Source: the human T2T-CHM13v2.0 reference genome, Homo sapiens. Taken from it: a DNA stretch of 64,000 bases. Below the pieces are notes generated by a model. It was not told the origin of the DNA, did not search any database, and saw only the letters and a list, made by a program, of their open reading frames with translations. Below are positions 55,888 through 64,000 of the stretch, piece after piece. Position 1 is the first letter of the stretch. Each line of letters starts with the position of its first letter. A program made the position numbers and the translations under genes. The stretch lies in the NCBI RefSeq assembly GCF_009914755.1, contig NC_060931.1, one strand, 5' to 3'.

Positions 55888-56197
55888 GGTCCGGGCGCAG
55901 TGGCCTACACCTGTAATCCCAGCACTCTGGGAGGCTGATCACTTTGGGAGGTGGCTGGATCACTTGAGGTCAGGAGTTTGAGACCAGCCTGGCCAAGGTG
56001 CAGAAACCCCGTCTCTACTAAAAACACAAAAAAAAATTGCCAGGTGTGGTGGTGCATTCCTGTAGTCCCAGCTACTCAGGAGGCTGAAGCAGGAGAATGG
56101 CTTGAATGCAGGAGGGAGAGGCTGTAGTGAGCCAAGATCGCACCACGGTACTCCAGCCTGGGCAACAGGGTGAGACTGTCTCAAAAAAATAAATAAA
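55888..56197 (+). mobile_element. AluS with a small internal duplication in the left arm
   Basis: Dimer. TSD AAGAGTT(C/A)ATG. Confidence 0.9.
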
Positions 56198-56593
56198 AAG
56201 AGTTAATGACTAGGCATTGGTAGGTCACTTTTATCTTCTTCCCACACCTAGTTCTCTGTGCATCCTTAGAAAGGAACAGTTAGGGTGCCAAACCCCAAAG
56301 CCTTTGCATATCCAGTTTCATTAAATGGAGATGGCTTGGGGTTTCCAGTGTACAAATTGAAAGTATATAAGGAAAGCATGTGTTGTATGAGGGCCTGAAT
56401 TTCATAATTTATGGATGTTCATTTTTCCCCCTAAATGTGTCATTCTTTTTGTGATAGACATGATGAGAAAGAAACTGGGAAACATATAGCAGATGTGAGG
56501 AAAATAAGATAATGATTCCCCCACTAACTTGTATGCCGCGGGAAGATTGGGACTGTCTCTTACTACTCCCTCCGCCCACTATCTATCTATCTG

Positions 56594-56707
56594 CTGTTTA
56601 TAGTGTAGTGTCTACACTCAGTAACTTATTTGTTGAATAAATGAATGGGTTCCCCTGTTTATAGTATAGTGTCTACACTCAGTAACCATTTGTTAAATAA
56701 ATGAATG
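56594..56707. repeat. Tandem duplication (period 61) of an L2 3'-tail-like segment
   Basis: 56594-56647 vs 56655-56707. Both end TTTGTT(G/A)AATAAATGAATG. Confidence 0.9.
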
Positions 56708-56883
56708 AATTCCTCATAGCTGGAGTGTCTAAGAATTGGCTGCTTGACCACTTGGCAAGGATGTGATTGCAGGGAGTCAAGCCACCAGAGAAATGGCTGG
56801 ACTCAACCACCTTTAAAGCCACTTGTAGAATCTGACAGGCACAGTAGTATCTGAAAAACTTTTAGGTAGAATGTGGTTAAGCA

Positions 56884-57159
56884 TTTTTCTTTTTTGAGAC
56901 TTGTCTCAAAAAAGACAGACCTCACTCCATTGCCCAGGCTGGAGGGCAGCTTACTGCAACCTTGACCTCCTGGACTCAAGTGTTCCTCCCACCTCAGCCT
57001 CCCAAGGTGCACACCGCCATGCCTGGCTAATTTTTTTTCTCTAGAGACAAGGTCTTATTATCTTGCCCAGGCTGGTCTCAAACTCCCAGGCTCAAGCAAC
57101 CCTCCCACCTCGGCCTACAAAAGTGTTGGGATTATAGGTGTGAGCCACTATGCCCAGCC
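56884..57159 (-). mobile_element. AluJ with a fold-back at the tail junction, probably inserted in a MER113-like element (about 56850-57370)
   Basis: Antisense dimer with TSD AAGCATTTTT. The flank TTGAAAAATATAATTAG...TTAAGTAAATAA resembles MER113 (lower confidence). Confidence 0.85.
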
Positions 57160-57430
57160 AAGCATTTTTAACATTAATAATCATATTTTAATTTTGATGT
57201 GTATTGAAAAATATAATTAGAAGATCAAATCTGCAGTTTCAAAGATATTAGTAAGAAGGCTAAATCATTCAAAATTGAGTTAATTTGCACAAACATGTTA
57301 AGTAAATAAAAGTTCTTGTATATGTGAACCTAGTAAATATTACCGCAGTGGTTCTGCAATAACTGAAGTGGGGGGAATCCCAGGAATTTGCCACCATCTC
57401 TGAGGTCTGCAGAAGGATGATGCAAACATG

Positions 57431-57658
57431 TAGGTTTTCTCAATCTTGGCCCTATTGACTTCCGGGCTTGATCATTCTTTGTTGTGCCCTGTGCATTGCA
57501 GGCTATTTAGCAGCATCCTTGGCCTTTACCCACTATATGTCAGGAGCACATCTTCCAACTATGACAACCAAAGAGTCTCCAGACATTGCCAAATGTCCCC
57601 TGGTGGTGGTTGGGAAGGGAGGTTGGGTGGCAAAGTCAGCCTTAGTTGTAAACCACTG
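57431..57658 (-). mobile_element. MER20
   Basis: TTTAGCAGCATCCTTGGCCTTTACCCACTA...GTCTCCAGACATTGCCAAATGTCCCCTGG...AACCACTG. Confidence 0.85.
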
Positions 57659-60477
57659 CTTAGATGAAGGAGCCAAAAATAGCCAGCTGGCACATATCAG
57701 CTGCCAAGGCTTTAAATCAGTTTTAACTAAAATGAGTCTTTGCAGAATTCCTTCAGGGTATTGACTGTGATCCTAATGCATGCAAACATGGAAGGATCAT
57801 AGCAGAGAGCCAGGAAAGTAAAGATGTCCACAGACTTTGAGGCCAGAGGTGTTCGTGACTTGGCATATGCGTATTTATGATTGCTTTTACAGAACATACA
57901 AGGTAAATTTACCCTTCGCTAGACCCTAATGCACTGATTTTTTTTCACATTTCTTTAGAGCCAAATGGCTAAGGAAAAAAAGAAACTAGAACTCTAGCTC
58001 CCAAAACCAGAAAAAAAGATCCTACTGAGTTCATGTAACAGGCACCAATATCTTTTGGTAGTTAAAACAGTACCCAAAAAAGGGACAGTCTCTGAACAGA
58101 CTAAATTGTTGATATTTTCCAACCACTGCTTTGCCTTGGAGGGACAGAAGCCACAACCACCCAGTGTTCTCTGTGAAGCTGAGTGTCCTGCATCAGGCCC
58201 CGGGATGCTGGAGAGGATGCTGCAGATTCCGCTACCTTTGAATGACCCTTTCCCTCTCACTGGACCTTTGTCAAAAGAAAAAGGTGTCTCTCTTGAGGCT
58301 GGACCAGTGAGCCAAATTTTAAGTAAACAGAAATGGAAGGTGCTAAGCAAACAAACTCCAGCCAAATGGAATATCCAAGGTCTGGATGGCCAGCTGCCAC
58401 TTTTGAGTTGTTTTCCAGCGTAGAACCCTCTAGTTAGGCTGCAGCATTTCAGATTGGAAAAACCAGACCTAAGAAAACAAAATCAAACTCCCAGACTTCA
58501 TTTCCTAGTCTCACAACACATCTCTGCCCAAGAGGTCAAAAAAGGTATAGGAATTGGGGAAAATATTAGAAACCACCTAATCTGACATTTTGTGGAGAAA
58601 GAAACTGAGGTTAGGGAAATGGGGGGTCTTCCCTAATGTCACACAACAAGTAGGTGGCAGAATGAGGACTCAGGGAAGTCTCCTGTTGACCTAACCCACT
58701 TCTTTGTGATCTTCTATTTTAGAAACTCCGTAAGCCAAAGAAATCCATGTTCTTTTTTCTGATACCAAGGGACTAAGATCAGCTCTAAATTCATCGACTG
58801 CTGATGTGGTACTCAGTAGAACGTCTGTGTTCAGTAGAGGATATGGAAATCATCTGGTCACCCATGGAAATAATTGCTTTTCTTTTTTAGTGCAAAGACA
58901 CATGGTCTAAGTTGCTGCTGAAATTTTGGACACATGAGCCCAGGTCTGGGACTTGGCAAGCGAATAGGCCAGATGGGAACTGTTGCTTGACAAATTGAAA
59001 GTTCTTTGTTTCAGAGTGAACCAAACCTGGTCTCAGCTAATCTACCAAAACAAAAAAGCTGGGGGAGGGTATATTGTAGAGCCCATTTTGATAATTATTT
59101 TTTTGGCACAAACTACTGCTTACACCAAAAAGCATTGTGGATTTATCATATAAATAATGACATCCCCAAAGCTGAACACTGCAAATGTAGCTATTAGGGA
59201 CTTGTTGGAGTGCTTGCTGAAAGTATGTTTTTGTAGTATTGAATATCTCTGTGGCGTGCTGCTTCATCCCAAGGCAAACTATGGGTTTAAAAATAGATCA
59301 GTCCAACTGGATCTTACAGTCGCTAAACAGCTAACTGCTTTAGAGGAGCAAACTCAAATTCGTTTAGAAAAATGAAAAAATGAAGAGTTGATTTCCACCA
59401 GACAATCAATACATATTATTAATACCTTGTATTTACAAAATACTTTTATATTAAGACCTAAAACTCTGATTATAACCTTCATAGGGGAATACAAAATGGT
59501 GATTTTCCTCAATTTATAAAGCAAGGTAATTCAGAGTAAGAAAATGCCTCCAGAAGGCCTGGTTTTTATTTCCCTACTAGACTTCCAGGCCACATTTGAT
59601 TTCTTGTATGCATTTTGAAACATTTGCTATCTGGTTGTTCTCTTCCAAAATGAATTCAAGGTGATTCCACTTACGTTCCCTTGAAAAGCGTTTTTACTTA
59701 AAATATAGTCTAGTATTTGTGCATTTCCTACACTAATCAGTCTTTCACTATGGAATCCTTAAGATGATTATGCATGTGCACAGCACACAATTCATTCTTC
59801 TTTCTCTAGGATAGTGATTCTTGACCTTTCTTAAGCCAAAGGCCCCTTATGAAATATAATGAAGGCTCCGTAGATGCTCTCTCAGTAATATGGACACATA
59901 AATGGACATAGAAAATTTTGCTCTAAAATGAAACTATAAATGTTGCTTTGGAATCTGCCCTACTAAGATTTAGAAGCATAAGAGGTGCTAGAACTGGCTC
60001 CCTTATGAAAGATAAGACCTGAATTATAAGCATATTTGAGCATATTGAAAGTAGCTAAGTAATGAATAAAAGTCAAGATGGACTCTTTCATTGGATAATT
60101 GGGTAATTTGCTTTCTCAATAGAAGGTGACACAGAATTGCTTGTAGAATAAAAAAAAATTCTTTCTGGAAGGAACTTTCTGGAAGTAGTTCAACCATCGT
60201 GTTTTATACTTGGTTGGCATGGCAGCTTGGGAACTCAAACCCTATTATTCTCAACTCTCAAGTGAGAGTTCCTTTTCCTACTGGATGCTGCCCCATGAAT
60301 TTCTATGGCTTATGTGGTTATTAGGCCTTTATTTAGTCCTTGCAGCATCATAGTTATATGTATATGGATAAACAAGAAGCTGATTGCCCTTCTCTACTGA
60401 GGACATTAATTGGTGTTCATTTTCCCACAATAACATGGCTAAATAAGTATTAACATGTTACATTAAGAAATATGTCC

Positions 60478-60821
<344 letters not shown>

Positions 60822-61541
60822 TCAGTTGTCTCAATATTCTCAGGGTTCTGCATTTTTACAGATCCTCACAACACTCAGGCCTTTGGTCTCTGTACTTACA
60901 ACATATTGCTTTATTAATAAAGTGTTTTGCTGTTCATAGACTAAATGCCACCAAAGTCATATACTTTGTATGGGGTTTTGGTGATAGGCCAGGGCACCAC
61001 ATGTGCTGACTAGTGCTCTTTTTATAGTAAAACAGACTTATGAAAGCAAAAATTTATTGTGAAACTGTTTGGGGCATGCCAAATATCATAGGCAGTTAGC
61101 TCTTTGCTAACTGTAGAAACCCAGAGAATAGAATTGAGTGTTTTCTTAGGGAAGGGGCAATGAACACTTTGTGCCTGGGAGATCGAATGCTGCCAAGAAA
61201 GGGTTTCATTGCCCAGGACATAGTGGGGGAAGAAATGGAGACTAAATTCAACCTCTCCAAGATGGCCACAGGCAGGGGTGTTTTTTCTTCCAAAAGTATA
61301 AGAAAGCAAGAGAACCCAGTTTTGTTTTTAATACTTTTCTTGTTTGTTTTCTAGGTAGAAAAGTGTGGATTCACTAGAAATTAGAACTTGATTCCATTTT
61401 CTAAGATCCATTGTCTACATTATCTGCAGCTGAGAGCTTCTACTCAGGGGGCAAGGTGTCTAGCAGTTTCGATTTCAGAAAAGTGTTATTTCTGTAGTCT
61501 AAATGCAAATAATATGACATTTCCTTCTGAAGCAAATATAT

Positions 61542-61544
<3 letters not shown>

Positions 61545-61576
<32 letters not shown>
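61545..61576. repeat. (CA)n microsatellite
   Basis: Seen directly. Confidence 0.95.
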
Positions 61577-61578
<2 letters not shown>

Positions 61579-63094
61579 AACACATCTCTGTTTCCTTTCT
61601 TGGTTTTTGTTTGGTTGTTTTTTTTTAACCAGAGATTGCCTTCATTTGATGGTCTAGAAGTGACTTTCTTTTATATGTGCTATTTTGAGCAGAAGGAGAA
61701 CTGAGAAAAAGAAGGAAGGCCATCTGAATTTAGATAGGTGTAAAGTCAAAGAGGAAGAAGTTAGTGTTTAAGGCTAAAATAAATTGTCCTGTAAGTTATC
61801 CCACTGACCTTGGAATTGACAGGGTCACTTTTGGTTTCCACAGAGCCCCTTATCAATCACATTCATTTGGAGTTGGGAGGTACAATTTGCCTTCTTGTAT
61901 GTTCTGAGATGTAAGAGCAATTTTCTTGTTTGATTAAGTGATTTATTCATCATTAAGGCTAATTTCCCAAATAGTCATTTTTATTTTGTAAAAATAAAGT
62001 TTGGAAGAGAAAGGGAATGAGATGAGATTTGTAGATGAGATTTTTATTATTTTGTCATTGTTTTATTTTATTATTTTTGTTATTAATGTTACTCAATATG
62101 TGGTTGCTTATAATTTATTTCACCAAGAAATTTAGAAATGGGAGATATTCCTTAAAACAGATTTCAATTTTTTTTAGCGCAACTTCTAGAATCCCAAACA
62201 TACTTTCCTAGGTGATAAATACATGGCTGAAAAGCCAAGTTCATATTGAAAGTGTAGGTACAACTTAATGACAGCAATGTTAATCGTCCTTTTCGGTGTG
62301 CATGCATTTTTTAAGTCTCCTACATGTGAGGTATAATGCCTGGCAGCCACAAATAAACCTTGACCAAAGAGAGGATATTATTGATCACAATTTTTAAGTG
62401 GCTTATTCAAGATAGTGCTACATTTACGTTCACTTTTATCAAGTGGAAGCATCTCGGAGCTACCATCTATTTTATGTTTATATTTGTAGACAATGGGTGC
62501 CAAGTTCATTATTCTACAAAGCTATGAGCATGCCTTTGTGAATTAATATTAACAGATAAAGTAGAGATCCGAGGCACTTACATGAGTAAATAAGAAGAAA
62601 ACCCCACACCATCCACAATATCCTGATATTGAGGGGGGAAAGAGTATTTTATAGACCGAAATTGACCAAATAATCAATGAACTCAATCAAATTAATTCAA
62701 TCATGGCCCAAAACTTCATTGCCTCCTTGCCACCCTGAGCTGACATCATCCACCTGCAGCTGACCAACATGTGTACTGTATGCTTCCATACCTCCTGCTC
62801 AGTGGGCATCAGGCAGGTAGATGTGCTCTGCTCAACAGTATCCCATGAACAGTAATTGAGTAGGAGATGGTGGGGAGAGCAGGGATTCATGACTGAAGGT
62901 CAATTTATTTTCAGATATTCTTTTTAGATTGAGCAACACAGACTTCTTTTGGAAAATCTGATGGTAGATGAGTCAGCTTATTCTGATTGCATTTCAGGTG
63001 GAAGCCACAAATCCTACCACATAATTCTGCCCAATGTGCGCCTCATATTCACATTCTCAATTGGATGTAAACCTGAGCTTGTGAAGGTTACAAT

Positions 63095-63330
63095 AGTTAA
63101 ATGTATTAAGTCCTTATTATGTGCTGGGTATTGTTCTGTTTCCCATCTATTACTGTATTTAATCCTCATAGTAACACAAATAATGTACTCTTCTTATCCC
63201 CATCTTATAACGAGGTTGCTGGAGCTCAGCTGGGTTATGTAATCTACCTAGGGTCACACAGTCAGTGTGGAGTAAGGATTCTCACCTGGCTTCGGTTCCC
63301 ATCACCTAAGGGTGTGGTCTAGCCTTTTAA
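63095..63330 (-). mobile_element. MIR
   Basis: TATGTGCTGGGTATTGTTCT...ATTTAATCCTCATAG...GGGTCACACAG. Confidence 0.65.
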
Positions 63331-63561
63331 TAAGGTTCAGCTCTTGAGTTAAAACCTAAGCTCTGCAGAAAGCCCCTGGGAAATGTGAGGGCCAAATTAA
63401 AGGTAAGCTACAAACTTTCAGGTGAACCACATTAAATAATATTCTTAATGTCATTTAGACATAATGGAAGAGTTTGCCAGTTTTGTTGTTGAAAGTGCAC
63501 AGGGCTGTGGGTTTGTATCCTCTGGTCTTCTCAACATGGTTTTAATACATATCTCTTTTAG

Positions 63562-63670
63562 AATGAAGTGTCTATGTTGAAAAATGAGGTGGCCCAGCTG
63601 AAACAGTTGTTGTTAACACATAAAGACTGCCCAATAACAGCCATGCAGAAAGAATCACAAGGATATCTAA
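63562..63670 (+). CDS. CREB5: CREB5 exon encoding the end of the leucine zipper (NEVSMLKNEVAQLKQLLLTHKDCPITAMQKESQGYL + A of split Ser codon), 109 nt; absent from the ORF track
   Basis: Acceptor TCTCTTTTAG ending 63561 and canonical donor A|GTAAGT at 63670/63671. It continues the heptad leucines and has the HKDC motif typical of ATF2/ATF7/CREB5. Confidence 0.97.
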
Positions 63671-64000
63671 GTAAGTCGCCGACTTTTTCACTTTTCTTTA
63701 GTGTCCAATATTTTTTGCCACTAAGTTTGCACTGAATTTGATTGAAAGAGCAAAAGTAAAGTGTAGATTGTACTTCCAGGCAGATATACAAGAATTCTTG
63801 AGTGGCTTCCAGACTATTCTTCCAAGGGGATCCCTTTTTTCTGACCCCTGTGCAACACCATGCCCACCACCTCCTGATAATTTCTGGCCACTCCTTCCCT
63901 AGCATTTCAAAGTATCAAAAGAAATACCAAATTCCAATTTTGCAGCCAGTAAGAAAAGAGCCAGCTGAAGCCCAAGTACCAGTGGCCTAGCAGTCGCCTT

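Overview
Human (primate) genomic DNA: AT-rich, CpG-depleted and dense in Alu, MIR, L1, L2 and MER relics. The window lies inside the 3' half of CREB5 (CRE-BPa, an ATF2/ATF7-family bZIP factor) on the + strand. About 49.7 kb of one very long intron is followed by three coding exons: a His/Met-rich exon (49688-50011), an exon with the basic region and first half of the leucine zipper (54676-54903), and an exon with the end of the zipper (63562-63670). The last coding exon lies beyond the window. Nearly all other ORFs in the track are Alu-derived or chance. I found no evidence of a new gene system. The most distinctive non-annotation signals are fossil template-switch or templated-insertion scars: a two-piece chimeric copy at 11709-11914, a palindrome complex at 25224-25309, and fold-back hairpins at Alu ends. 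Also notable are non-B DNA motifs near two CpG-retaining intronic patches, alternating-orientation Alus around symmetric phase-0 exons, and a possible very decayed Gypsy pol fragment. Repeat subfamily names come from recalled consensus features, not a database search. Boundaries of old repeats are approximate.
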